Source of the DNA: Octopus vulgaris
Lineage: Eukaryota
Direction: 5' to 3'
Length of the DNA: 64,000 nt
Assembly: GCA_951406725.2 (NCBI GenBank)
Contig: OX597828.1
Coordinates: 32,984,001-33,048,000 of the forward strand
In this document: positions 14,833 to 27,600 of the stretch, piece by piece
Layout of the letters: the number at the start of each line of letters is the position of its first letter
How positions within the stretch are numbered: the stretch's first letter is position 1
Notes under the pieces: model-generated
What the model saw: the letters and a program-made list of their open reading frames with translations, nothing else
Told to the model about the DNA's origin: nothing
Database searches by the model: none
Translations under genes and position numbers: made by a program

Positions 14833-15510
14833 GAGTGAGAGTAGATAATATTGAAAACGCAAAGTTTAGGCAGTTAAACAGATTCCCTAACACATAAATG
14901 AAATCATTGAACCACAGTAGTTGAAGCATATATATATTATACACATCAGCATAAATCATGCATGTACAGGCATAAAGATTCTTCAGTGGTATAAAGAATA
15001 TAAAACCTAACACACTTGAACGGCCGTAGATGGGACATCCTCCAATTTAGAGATCTTTTTTTAATTATGTATTTTTAACCTCGAAAATTAGCCCTCACTT
15101 ATTTGAGAAGTTTCACCTCGAACATCTTTTATCACGTAATTTTTATCACGTAATGTTTTTTAGACGATTCAGGCGGTTTACCATTTTTAAATTGACGTTT
15201 TTATTCTTATATTTATCAACTTCTCATTCGTTTTCCACCTCCTATATTTATAACTGCTTATACGTAATTTTTATTTATATGTAGTTTTATATCTATTTTT
15301 ATATATTTTTATATTTCTCCCATATTTTTATGTATGTTTGGTTCTATATTCTTTATTCCCTTGGAGAATCTTTATGCCTGTACATTCATGATTTATGCTG
15401 ATATGTTTAAATATATATACGTCAATTACTGTGGTTGAATGATTTCGCTTATGCGTTCTGGAACTTGTCTGACTGCCTAAACTTTGCGTTTTCAATTTTC
15501 TCTACTCTAT
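14833..15510. repeat. Long imperfect inverted repeat (arms ~14835-15013 and ~15335-15508) next to (TA)n
   Basis: attgaaaacgcaaagtttaggcagt...catcagcataaatcatg...tgtacaggcataaagattct versus agaatctttatgcctgtaca...catgatttatgctgat...actgcctaaactttgcgttttcaat. Confidence 0.85.
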
Positions 15511-15834
15511 ATTTTTTCGCCTTGGCTCTCTATGAGCACTCCGTAAACTACCCATATATTTTAAAATATATTTATAATTTATTTAATATACCCATTGCTA
15601 ACCTTACAATAGTCGTTGTAAAGTTTGGCAAAATAAATGAATTCCGATTTATAAAGTCTTCGATAACTCTTTCTGAATCGCCGGCCCATTTTTTATGTCT
15701 TCGCCACGATTGCATTTTTTCTCCTTAGAAACTGATAATTCCTTTTTAATTTCACGCATAAATATAGTCGTATTTTCTTGCCTCTCTTTTATCTTTCATT
15801 TATTGCAAGCATTGGCATACGGTCGTACTAAGGC

Positions 15835-16021
15835 AACGATTTGAAGGATTTTAGCCACGAAGAGATCAACAACAGTAAGCATGCTTGTTTAAGTGTGGTG
15901 CTTTTTCTATTTATTTCTTGTGTTATAGTGCTTAAGATACGGAGATATAGACAAATGAACAGCGGTTGCCAAGCGGTGGCAGGCCACAAATACAGACAAA
16001 CACACACATACACCCACATTT

Positions 16022-16069
<48 letters not shown>

Positions 16070-16070
16070 C

Positions 16071-16157
<87 letters not shown>

Positions 16158-16330
16158 GTGATTGCTATAGATATAGATATACGGCAGGCTTCTACACAGC
16201 TTCCATCATCCAAAGTAAGTGAAGAGGTAGTGTTTGACCCGTGAAACAGTCCCATACACGTGCCGCGCAAAGTACTGAACCCAAAGTCGCGAGTTTGTCA
16301 AGCAAGCTTCTTAACCACAAGTTCATGTCT
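15835..16330 (-). mobile_element. SINE family B (tRNA-like head, internal microsatellite expanded to (GATA)n)
   Basis: agcggttgccaagcggtgg...acaaatacagacaaacacac, (GATA)n, acggcaggcttct...gtgccgcgcaaagtactgaaccc...gcaagcttcttaaccac; same family at 45640-46045, 52915-53218, 60843-61222. Confidence 0.7.
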
Positions 16331-16424
16331 GCTTTGATCTTATTAAATCTCTAAAACTGTTTATTAGATAAGAAATATTGGATTTGCTAACGAGAATGAT
16401 TTCTTTCTGTAACTCACGTCACCG

Positions 16425-16481
<57 letters not shown>

Positions 16482-16624
16482 ATAAAATCATAGGCATACG
16501 AAATAGTCTAAAAGACGCCACATTTTATTGCTTTCTTTTCAGGAAGTGAAATATCTTCAAATTTATATGAATGATTCAGTATTTTACAATCCCATTCATA
16601 AGCTCGACTTTAATTTTATTCTGC

Positions 16625-17185
16625 TACCCTTTCACCTGTTTCAGTCATTAGAGGGTGGTCGTGCTCGAGCACTGCCATGAAGGGATTTAGTCGAACATGT
16701 TGGTTTCCGTTCTAATATTTAAAACCTGGGAGTTATAATATCCTTTTCTACTCTAGGCACAAGGCTCGAAATTTTTTTTGGGGGGGAGGGCAATCCATTA
16801 GATCGACCCAAGTAGGCAACTGATACGTAATTTACCAACCCCGATAGGTTGAAAGGCACAGTTGATCTCGGCGAAATTTGAACTCAGAACCTAGAGACAG
16901 ACGAAATACCGGTAAACATTTTACCCGGCGTGCTAACGATTCTGCCAACTCGCGGCCTTATAACACGCCTGGTAGTTATAGTATCGTTCACTTTTGCCAC
17001 ACTACTAAGTTAGGGGGAAGTAAACAACCTAACACAGGTTGTCAACTGGTACATATTTTATCGATCACGAAAGGATGAAAGGCAAAGTCGACTTCGGCGA
17101 TATTTGAAATCAGAACGTAAAGACTGATGAAATGGTGCTAAGCATTTTGTCCGGCTTGCTAACGATTCTGCCATCTTATCGACTT
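16625..17185 (-). mobile_element. Nested SINEs: family A copy (16740-16960) inside a family B tail, followed by another family A copy (17040-17185)
   Basis: tgtttcagtcatt...gagcactgcc (B) interrupted by ttttctactctaggcacaagg...ctgccaactcgcggcctta (A), B resuming at cttttgccacactactaagttaggggg. Confidence 0.75.
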
Positions 17186-18925
17186 TGGGTACTGCATAAT
17201 ATTCGTAGCTAAATTATTTTACTTAAATCCTCTGAGGACGAGAAAAGCTAAACCGTTGAAGATTTAGTGAGAGTGAGTATATGCAGTCCTGGATATCATA
17301 CTTACCATGAGTTACGTTAAAGCAACGGTATACCGTGAAAAGCTATAACTAAACAGTTACATGATTAGATGGACGTACCAGTCAAATTTACCTTTAATCA
17401 CAATGCGACGTCTTCAACTGGAAGAATGTGGATAATACAGTCCTAGATACACTATGATGGGATAATCATGATTGGAATACCTTTTCACTTAGACCTGTTT
17501 CAGAATGAGGTTAATCTGGGGCTAATCAAAAGCAAGATCTAGAAAGTGTAGCTAACCTAGCGGAGAAAGCATCTAACAGCGAACTACTATCTCTGAAATT
17601 GTATTCTATAACTCAAGGTAAACTCTTTTCAAAACTAAAGCACCTAACCCTCAAATAATCCAGTCCTGTTAATTTTATATAACTACTATAAGGTAGGAAC
17701 AACTGACTGATAAAAACTTCATCGGTTGCGACAGCACTGCACATTTAACCTTTTGGCGGTGTTACATCGAATATTCCTTTGTGCTTAGCATAGTAATACG
17801 TCTCATTTCGAAATCATTTCAGCGAATTATTTATCTCTGGTCACGAAGATTCAAATAATTGATTTGGTCGAACATCAACAAATTGCTCGAACACGGCTGA
17901 GAAAAGGAAAACATTTTTTGTTTTACTAATAATTTTTCTCAAATGTAAATTGAATATAGCAATTAAATTTATCTTTAACTCTATATACTGATGACATTAT
18001 CATGGCGGTGAGTTATATTATATTTCGATAATAGTCTAAGTCATAACTCTATATTAAGCTTTATTACTATTTGAAGCAGTTAATACATTTATTGCATTTT
18101 GCTTATTAGGAAATAAATCGTTTTATCGTCTTTGAGAGCCAGGAATGATCGAGTCTATAAATATATCAGTTCGCTTAGGTGAAAAATAGAGTGTCATAAA
18201 GTTTGTAGTTACGATATTAGTAAAACGTTCAGGTTAATAAACAGCCACCATACCTTGAAATTATGGAAGCCATTGCAGGTACTTTCGAACTGCTAGAAAT
18301 AACACCCCACTACAAGGAAATACTGGATCAAGTATTCTGATATAAAATATATCCGGAAAGGTGAAAAGTCACTCTTTCATTCTATTTCGTATCCTCCAAC
18401 AGTCGAAGGTTCATGATTCACTCTTACTTCCTTTCCTGGTTATACAATCCATTCTACCCAGTCTTTCCTCCTAAAACCATGCACATATAATTACACCCTG
18501 TCTTTTCTCTTCAAGACCTTTAGATCTTGCACTAACAAATACACCCTTTTCTTCTTCGTTGCACCCAGGCCTCACAATTCCCTCAGTCTCTATTTTGCTG
18601 TAAAGGCCAGATGATTCTTAATTTGCATACGGGTGTATATAAGGCTATGCATTTTTACGTTGTATTTTTTGCCGATACTTCTTTGGAAGTCGGTCGACTA
18701 TATTGTGTTACGATACGGTGCCAACTGGCCAACGTAATAATGACAGAAGGGTAACAGAAGCACCTTACATTATATTATATTATATCATAAATCACCAATA
18801 AAATACTGGTTGTTGTCTGTAATCATTTGTGTAATATATATGTGTATGTGTGTGTTGTTTAAATATATATATGCATGTATGCATAAATATATAAAGATAG
18901 ATAGATAGTTAGATATGCATGTATA

Positions 18926-18958
<33 letters not shown>

Positions 18959-18961
18959 ATA

Positions 18962-19327
18962 TTACAGGTAAAATTAATAATGTAAGAAAACGGAGTGTTG
19001 AGGATGTATAGTTAACTTATTTGTATCATAGTAATTTTTTTTTTAAAACACAATAGAAGACTCACAAAATCTACATATGTTGCGATTCATATGCTTTGAA
19101 TCTTTAATTGTTTCTTAAAAAAATATTTGTATCTTAACAACAAACTATGATACAAATAAATTAACTATACATCCTCAATACGCCGTTTACTTCCATTATC
19201 AATTTGACTTATTATAATAATCCCTAACGCATCGGGAAAATTTTCTACTCATATGATGGAGCGTAAACCAGGGAAATTTTGGATTAATTAATCCCTAATG
19301 AGGATAAGATATCCTTGAATTGGCTGA

Positions 19328-19328
<1 letters not shown>
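18962..19328. mobile_element. Decayed element with ~70-bp inverted arms between microsatellites, probably a Penelope-like terminal repeat remnant
   Basis: gttgaggatgtatagttaacttatttgtatcatagt (to 19032) versus actatgatacaaataaattaactatacatcctcaa (from 19144); eroded hammerhead-like motifs inside. Confidence 0.5.
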
Positions 19329-19417
<89 letters not shown>

Positions 19418-19647
19418 GTCTATCAATCTATCTATCAATCTATATATATATGTATATGTATGTGTGTGTGTGTGTGTGTATTGGTTATATTTGCTAGCTA
19501 CTAAGCCTTTTTTGTTATTCCTTTATGTTGAAGAGCGTAGGCTTAAAACGTAAAAGACTCTCACTTCCCGACCGTAAAACTTATACATCTGTTTCTTGTT
19601 TTCACACCCGTCTTCGTCTTTTGTTTTGTTCGTTTTTTATAATTTCC

Positions 19648-19686
<39 letters not shown>

Positions 19687-19721
19687 CACATACATACATA
19701 CATACATACATACATACATAC

Positions 19722-19970
19722 ATCATCATCATCATTGTTCGACCGTGGTCGAAACAATGGAATTTACCATGCTACGCCAGACTTCACGGTCCATCATGGC
19801 ATTACGGAGGTCCTGTTGCTGGATGCCTGTATCCCTGGAGATTATATCAGGGTGGAGAGTGTGTGCCCTCTGGTATTGCGAGTAGATGGATTCCAGAGGA
19901 GAAGAGTAGAAATTACCTCTTTTTCAGCTCTACAACAATGTCCAGCAAACTGGACTCTTCTACCTTTCAC
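19722..19970 (-). mobile_element. 5'-truncated RTE-type LINE 3' end with (TGA)n tail
   Basis: High similarity to 62835-63070; encodes VKGRRVQFAGHCCRAEKEVISTLLLWNPSTRNTRG...DREVWRSMVNSIVSTTVEQ. Confidence 0.85.
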
Positions 19971-20824
19971 ATATATATATCGTTACTATAGGGTAAGAAT
20001 TGTGTTTCTCATTCCATTGTGCCTTCAGCAAGTGTCTGTTTCTATATATGCAAGCCAATCACAGACATGTGAGTGAATTTGTTACACGGAAACTGAAAGA
20101 AGACAGTTGTATATGTTTGTGTGTGCGCGCATGACTGTGAGTGCGCGTGTGCGTCCCCTCCCACAAAGCATAGATACCGCACTAACTTCTTAAACTCAGT
20201 CCTCGTTTCCGTCAAGGTTAAACCCTGCACAATCTTTACCCTCCGCAACCTCGGTCTTCTAGAAGTGTCTCATTGCATTTTTTTTTTCTTTTTGAGTTTT
20301 TTTCTGTTTTATCTATTGCCTTCTCATTACGAATGATGAAGAGGGAAGTAAAAGTCAATGATCTGACCAGATCGTAAAGAAGCCTGCAAAAGCAACGGGC
20401 AATACCTTTTCCTACAGACTAAGCCATAATATAAATAAATGATTATAGGTTTACACAAACAGAATTTCGTAGAGTAAAAAAAAAAAAATTCTTTCGTTGT
20501 TTTACGGCGCAGTCATCCGTAAATGACAGGATGTGGAGCGGAAAAAATATATTTTATAACAAGCATAATCACTCATGGATGACTACACATAGTCATGCGC
20601 CAGTAATTATTTAACAAACGTTCTTTGACAAGAGTCGAAACGTTTAAACTATCGAGCCTATTTGATTATATATTTATGGAGAAATTTCTAAACACTAGCT
20701 CCTTTCGTTGCACATTTCCCAAAAGACGAACACTGGTTCGCATTTTAAAGACAGGAATGATGAGGTAGTTCCACCCATTTTGTTCGAGTGTTTGTCGATA
20801 CATCTCCAAAAGAATCAACGATAC

Positions 20825-20901
<77 letters not shown>

Positions 20902-21517
20902 ATATACGTACATATATTCATGTACATATATATGTATGTGTGTGTAGCAATGGTTAACGCCACTTAAACATGGCCGTTCCGTAGACACAGACGTTACTAA
21001 ACCATGTTTAAGTGGCCGTAATCATTACTTCTCAGTATGATAACAGCTTTCATCTCTTATAGAAATTTTCCAATTAGGTAATTTACTTATTGCATGATAT
21101 GTCAATGGATGTCACTTATTTTCTATATATTGCGAGTTGGTGTGAACTACTAGTATTTATCGGACGAGTATCCACCACCGTTGTTGAGCATAAAGAGTTC
21201 AAAACCGTACAGGCTGTTGGTCTCGTGGCTGGATGATGGTGGGCGTTCACTCCCCGGTTGCATCGAGCAAGTTGTTTGAGCAGGTGTCCTCCTGAGTTTT
21301 AAATCGTACGAACGTCGTGTGTGTGTGTATGTATCTATGTATGTATACATGTATGTATAACTTAGATATGTTTCGACCAAAGATTGGTCCAGGCCACATC
21401 TAACTTCATAGCACCGCCTGATACAAAATCCTGCCGTAACCAGGATGCAAACTTGGTTTACTTCCGCCACAATGTGAGTTCCTAACTACTAGGTGATCAG
21501 AGCTACAATAGATAGAC

Positions 21518-21572
<55 letters not shown>

Positions 21573-21595
21573 AAGATAAATAGATAGATAGATAT

Positions 21596-21674
<79 letters not shown>

Positions 21675-22779
21675 CGCATATGTGTGTGTATGTGTGTGTG
21701 TATCATACACATAATCGAAAGTAGGGAGCTTCTCCTTAAACTCCCTCAAAATGCTCTGTCTAGTCAAGCCAAGGCTAGGAGAACAAACTGATCTCTTAGA
21801 CACTAGTCAGCTGAATCGACCGGGGATCAAATTTTTATTTAATCACAACATTATTTGTCATCAAAACCGTTTGCTGTCTTTCGTAGACGTTACTTGCTTT
21901 GCTTCAAACTCTTTAGTTTACCTTCATAGAATTGAAGGTGAACTAATGGTCACAGCAGCTTCTTTCTGGTTATGTGATGTGAAATGATTTATTGCATAGC
22001 AGTCTGTAAGCGCGACCTGACACCACAATTAGAGTATATGGAGCCAGTGAAAGAAACTTTACACTGTCTTTCCATCTTTTTGAAAGGGTATCTCAATTCC
22101 TTAAATAATAATACGCACTCGTAAAAAATGAAAGAAGCATTCAACAATGTAATCCTAAATATTTGCCGATATGTTGTTTGAAAATGAAATAGAATTGCCA
22201 CGTTTTTGAACGCCTGTTATCGTGGGTCTGCTTGAGAAGGAACGGCCAAATATTCAACTAAAACAATGCGGTTAAATGATAATTTCAGCTTTATTTACAA
22301 GGTCAAAAATTTTGATTGGCGGGAACATGATGATGTCGTCGACTTTACTTCATCAACTCCGAATGAATGAAATGTGAAGATGACTATGGTTACATTTCAG
22401 TTTACGATATGAAGAGCCGGATCAAATACGCTAAAACACTATTCCGACGATCTAAACGATCTACCAGCTCGTCGCTCATTGCGCTTTAATAGAAAGAATT
22501 ATAACAACTTCGATCTAAAGACATTCAAAATAGTAACCAAGAAAGCATGTTATCAAGAGGAAAAAGTATTTTGTTGCTCATTTCTGAGGTTAATTTCAGA
22601 ATGTTCGAGATTCTTAGGAGAGGCAGTAATATCCATCACAAATTATTGTAATTTTATATCATTACGAAACATTTAATAAGCTGACCGGCCAAATGTTTGA
22701 TTCCATAGTGAAAGAGATGGCTGTAACAGCACTTTGAAAACACCCTACAAAACACTATTTGTCACAGCAGACAAGTTTG

Positions 22780-23400
22780 CAGAATGCAATCGAGTCGTGA
22801 AAATTTGGAAGCGCGCGATGCAATAAATATTTGTATTAATCTGAGGCAAAAATCGCTACGGAATCTTATGAAATGCTCCAGAATGTTTATGATTAATTTG
22901 TATGAAGCAAATATTTAATTTTCACAGGCTCAAGAGACCAGCGAAAGCAAGTACACCAGGAAGCACATGACAGTCTAGTTTTCCGCTAGCAAGGGCATCA
23001 TCTACATCAACTGAGTTTCCCCTCACCAAGGTGTCAAAAAGGTGTCCTTGGTGGACGATTTGAGGGAGTTCAGAGAGAGATGTCATCGCAAAGGGCCAGA
23101 GACGATGCACCAGGATAATGCACCAGTTCAAAATTCCATCCTGGTAACCAATCGTTTCACAGAGATGGGTGGCAAAACTATGTCTCAGTCTCCCTACAAT
23201 TCAGACCTTGTTCTCTGTATCCCTGTAATTTTTGGTTGTACTCCAAACTGAGGGGAAAATGACGAGGTCGTGACAAGGGTTGTGGACACCGTTACATTGG
23301 TAGAATTTCACAGAGCCTTCACTAAGTAGTTGCAGTACTACAAGCGCATTAAAATCATGGGACCCTACTCTGAACTTGATTAGAAATTTGTATTTCTTTG
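22780..23400 (+). mobile_element. Decayed, internally deleted mariner transposase
   Basis: N-terminal RDAINICINL..KSATESYEMLQNVY and catalytic region LREFRERCHRKGP..HQDNAPVQNSILVT..TEMGGKTMSQSPYNSDLV (mariner HDNAP and YSPDLAP motifs). Confidence 0.85.
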
Positions 23401-23841
23401 AAATTAAGAAATGTCTCTTCTGAAAAAATTTGAAAACTTCTACAATACACCATATAGAATTCAATAGCTCGTATCTTGTCACCGGCAGAATACCTAACTC
23501 CCGTGTGGGCCAATCTGCAAATAAGAACAAGTCGCCAAAAATGCAACAATAGGAGCAGAGGTAACAGCAACAGATTAAAACTTGTCTGATGGCAGTCGCG
23601 TTTCACTTCCTTAAAGAATGCCACAGTATTTGGGTTTCATTTTCGAGTCACTTTAAGGCATCGCTCATTCGTGAATATATCTGGTCACAAAATATAAATG
23701 ATGAATGTCTTTGGTCTACAGTTATTGAATTTTAAAAAATTCAAAGACAAGAGACGTGTTGTGAGAATTCCAGAATTTAATGGCTACGGGTTTAAGGATG
23801 AAGTGTGCCCAATTAAAAAGCAGAGGTTTTCATAGATACGG

Positions 23842-23921
<80 letters not shown>

Positions 23922-24055
23922 GAAGAAATGAGTTACTCAGAAAATCGGATGGTTTATATTTACAGATATTTATTTGTATATTACATTTTATATATACATA
24001 TCATATCACTTAGATCATTAGCGCTTTCTCCCATTCTAGTGGGCTTTTCAAATCA

Positions 24056-24109
<54 letters not shown>

Positions 24110-24265
24110 CCATACTAATATGGCATTCTTATAAAAATAAGAAAAAAGCTGTCCGCTTATTAGCTCCATGAGGCCATCGCCTTAAGTTAGCTATTTGATA
24201 CACAAACTGTATCCATATAACCTTCGAACAAGGGAGGTCAGTCGCTCCACACTACTTGACCGGCA

Positions 24266-24307
24266 GCTACAGACGCGTTTCGGGGTATTGCCCCTTTTCA
24301 ATGCAGC
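24266..24307 (-). ncRNA. Type I hammerhead ribozyme, U3-A8 core variant (inverted monomer)
   Basis: Exact reverse complement of 24756-24797. Confidence 0.8.
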
Positions 24308-24755
24308 GTAGCCAGCCAGTAGGTGTCGCTTCCGACAATCTCTGTTCGATGGTTTTATTTACCTAGTTTCGGTGGAATACATCCACTTGTTTTCAATAAT
24401 AGAAATATTAAAATAACTAAGTCTCTCTAAAACAGAACAGCGGCAGCGTTCCCGGAAAATAATAGTTATCGCCATACTAATATGACCTCCCTTGTTCGAA
24501 GGTTATATGGATACAGTTTGTGTATCAAATAGCTAACTTAAGGCGATGGCCTCATGGAGCTAATAAGCGGACAGCTTTCTTATTTTATATTATTAGTATG
24601 GCGATAACTATATTTTCCGAACGCTGCCGCTGTTCTCTTTTAACAGTTATTTTAATATTTCTATTATTGAAAACAAGTGGATGTATTCCACCGAAACTAG
24701 GTAAATAAAACCATCGAACAGAGATTGTCGGAAGCGACACCTACTGGCTGGCTAC

Positions 24756-24797
24756 GCTGCATTGAAAAGGGGCAATACCCCGAAACGCGTCTGTAGC
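24756..24797 (+). ncRNA. Type I hammerhead ribozyme, U3-A8 core variant, predicted cleavage GUC after 24791
   Basis: Stem I GCUGCA/UGUAGC; core UUGAAAA; stem II GGGG-CAAUA-CCCC; GAAAC-GC-GUC with palindromic ACGCGU; stem I extends 24741-24811 beyond a UAC/U internal loop. Confidence 0.82.
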
Positions 24798-25115
24798 TGC
24801 CGGTCAAGTAGTGTGGAGCGACTGACCTCCCTGTTCGAAGGTTATATGGATACAGTTTGTGTATCAAATAGCTAACTTAAGGCGATGGCCTCATGGGCTA
24901 ATAAGCGGACAGCTTTTTTCTTATTTTTATAAGAATGCCATATTAGTATGGCGATAACTATTATTTTCCGGGAACGCTGCCGCTGTTCTCTTTTAGAGAG
25001 ACTTAGTTATTTTAATATTTCTATTATTGAAAACAAGTGGATGTATTCCACCGAAACTAGGTAAATAAAACCATCGAACAGAGATTGTCGGAAGCGACAC
25101 CTACTGGCTGGCTAC

Positions 25116-25157
25116 GCTGCATTGAAAAGGGGCAATACCCCGAAACGCGTCTGTAGC
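25116..25157 (+). ncRNA. Type I hammerhead ribozyme, U3-A8 core variant, predicted cleavage after 25151
   Basis: Identical to 24756-24797, 360 nt downstream. Confidence 0.82.
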
Positions 25158-25383
25158 TGCCTGTCAAGTAGTGTGGAGCGACTGACCTCCCTTGTTCGAA
25201 GGTTATATGGATACAGTTTGTGTATCAAATAGCTAACTTAAGGCGATGGCCTCATGGAGCTAATAAGCGGACAGCTTTTTTCTTATTTTTATAAGAATGC
25301 CATATTTGTATGGCGATAACTATTATTTTCCGGGAACGCTGCCGCTGTTCTCTTTTAGAGAGACTTAGTTATTTTAATATTTC

Positions 25384-25520
<137 letters not shown>

Positions 25521-25540
25521 TATATGAGTGTGTGTGTCTG

Positions 25541-25853
25541 TGGAGGCGCAATACCCAATGGGTAGGGCAGCGGACTCGCGATCGTAGGATCGCTGTTTCG
25601 ATTCCCAGACCGGGCATTGTGAGTGGTTTATTGAGCGAAAACACCTAAAGCTCCACGAGCTTACGGCGGGTGGTGGTGGCGATCCCTGCTGTACTCTTTC
25701 GCCACAACTTTCTCTCACTCTTTTTTCTGTTGGCATGCTCGCTTAACCAGCGGTGTGGCGTCATTTGAAGGCTAAAACAATGCGAAGCGCATTGTGACCA
25801 GCGATGTGTAGCAACATCTGATTGCCTGGTCGGTCACGGTCATCACGGTGATA
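25541..25853 (+). mobile_element. tRNA-derived SINE, family C, near full length
   Basis: ggaggcgcaatacccaatgggtagggcagcggactcgcg...gtttcgattcccagaccggg (A/B-box tRNA-like head), ttgagcgaaaacacctaa, tail tcacggtcatcacggtga; second copy at 34077-34309. Confidence 0.85.
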
Positions 25854-25864
25854 TAGATGCATAT

Positions 25865-25929
<65 letters not shown>

Positions 25930-26362
25930 TACGTATATCTATGTCTGTGTGTACGTGTGTGTGCGTACGTGTATATGCGTCAACTTTATTTGGCTGTGTA
26001 TGCTTATATGTTCTTACATGCCGTGTAATAGTTACACCGAATGTGCGGCCACGTTACAAAACGGGTTGGTCAGCGTACCATCGTTTCACCCTCCACTCTT
26101 ATGCTTGCTCATATGCAGTCTTACATTCTCGCATAATTCACTCTTTATTCTTATGTAATGAGAAGATAATATTTCAATGGTGTACTGTTCTAGACAGCGG
26201 CTGACAATTTTCATTATTTTATATTTTTGATGTAAATTCTGAAGAAGTAATCGACTAAATTGCGTTGCACAATAGGAACATCCAAACTACATAACAACCA
26301 CTGTTGACTTACTGAAACACGTGTATATTATATATAAAGCATATACAGTACTGATTACGATT

Positions 26363-26417
26363 TTAGTAGTAGTAGAAGTAGTAGCAATAGTAGTAGAAGT
26401 AGTAGCAATAGTAGTAT

Positions 26418-26492
<75 letters not shown>

Positions 26493-26549
26493 CAATAGTA
26501 GTAGTAGTAGTCGTAGCAGCAATAGTAGTAGTAGCAGCACCAGCAGTAA

Positions 26550-26600
<51 letters not shown>

Positions 26601-26646
26601 CAGTAGTAGTAGTAGTAGTAGCAGCAGTAGTAGTAGTAGTAGTAGC

Positions 26647-26690
<44 letters not shown>

Positions 26691-26691
26691 C

Positions 26692-26722
<31 letters not shown>

Positions 26723-26821
26723 ATATTGCTACTATAACTACTACTATTAATAATAATGATAAATATAATAATAATGCTGCTGCTGCAATTACTTCTGCTA
26801 AGAATCATAATGCTAATTCTG

Positions 26822-26854
<33 letters not shown>

Positions 26855-26870
26855 TGCTAATGCTACTACT
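26363..26870. repeat. (TAG)n/(CAG)n tract followed by inverted (CTA)n segments
   Basis: Direct reading. Confidence 0.9.
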
Positions 26871-26881
26871 ATTGATAATGA

Positions 26882-27090
26882 TTTCTGATTTTGGCACAAG
26901 GAGTCAGGGTTAAGGGGTCAGTCGATTACATCGACCCACCTGTACTCGACTGATACTTATTCTATGGACCCCGCAATGATGCAATGCAAAGTCGAGATCA
27001 GCAGAATTTGAACTCAGCACATAAGCACAAACGAAATGCCGCTAAGCATTTTGCCCGATGTACTAACGACTCCACCAACTTGCCATCCTT
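26882..27090 (-). mobile_element. SINE family A
   Basis: ttttggcacaagg...gtcgattacatcgaccc...gcaaagtcgag...gaatttgaactcag...aaatgccgctaagcatttt. Confidence 0.8.
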
Positions 27091-27108
27091 ATGACAATGA
27101 TGACGACT

Positions 27109-27141
<33 letters not shown>

Positions 27142-27197
27142 GTAGTGGTGATGGTGGTGGTGGTGGTGATGATGATGATGATGATGATGATGATGAC

Positions 27198-27255
<58 letters not shown>

Positions 27256-27338
27256 GTAGTGGTGATGGTGGTGATGGTGATGATGATGATGATGATGATG
27301 ACGATGATGATGATGATGATGATGAATATGATGATGAA

Positions 27339-27396
<58 letters not shown>

Positions 27397-27445
27397 GTAG
27401 TGGTGATGGTGGTGATGGTGATGATGATGGTAGTGGTGATGGTGG

Positions 27446-27476
<31 letters not shown>

Positions 27477-27600
27477 AAGGATGACGACGACGACGACGAC
27501 GACGCCGACGATGATGATGATGTTGATCATCATCATCATCATCATAATAATGATAATGTTGGTGGTGATGGTTATGATGATGGTGATGATGATGATTATG
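27091..27600. repeat. (GAT)n tract with a repeated ggtagtggtgatggtggt interruption (4 times)
   Basis: Direct reading; the poly-Asp ORF is an artefact. Confidence 0.92.

Noticed and set aside
21360-21505. Minus-strand CUGAUCA...GAAACAUAUC hammerhead-like pair
   Set aside because: Core mismatched, over 100 nt between halves and no convincing stem I
25541-25615. tRNA gene
   Set aside because: Head of a dispersed SINE (second copy at 34077-34309); cloverleaf not intact
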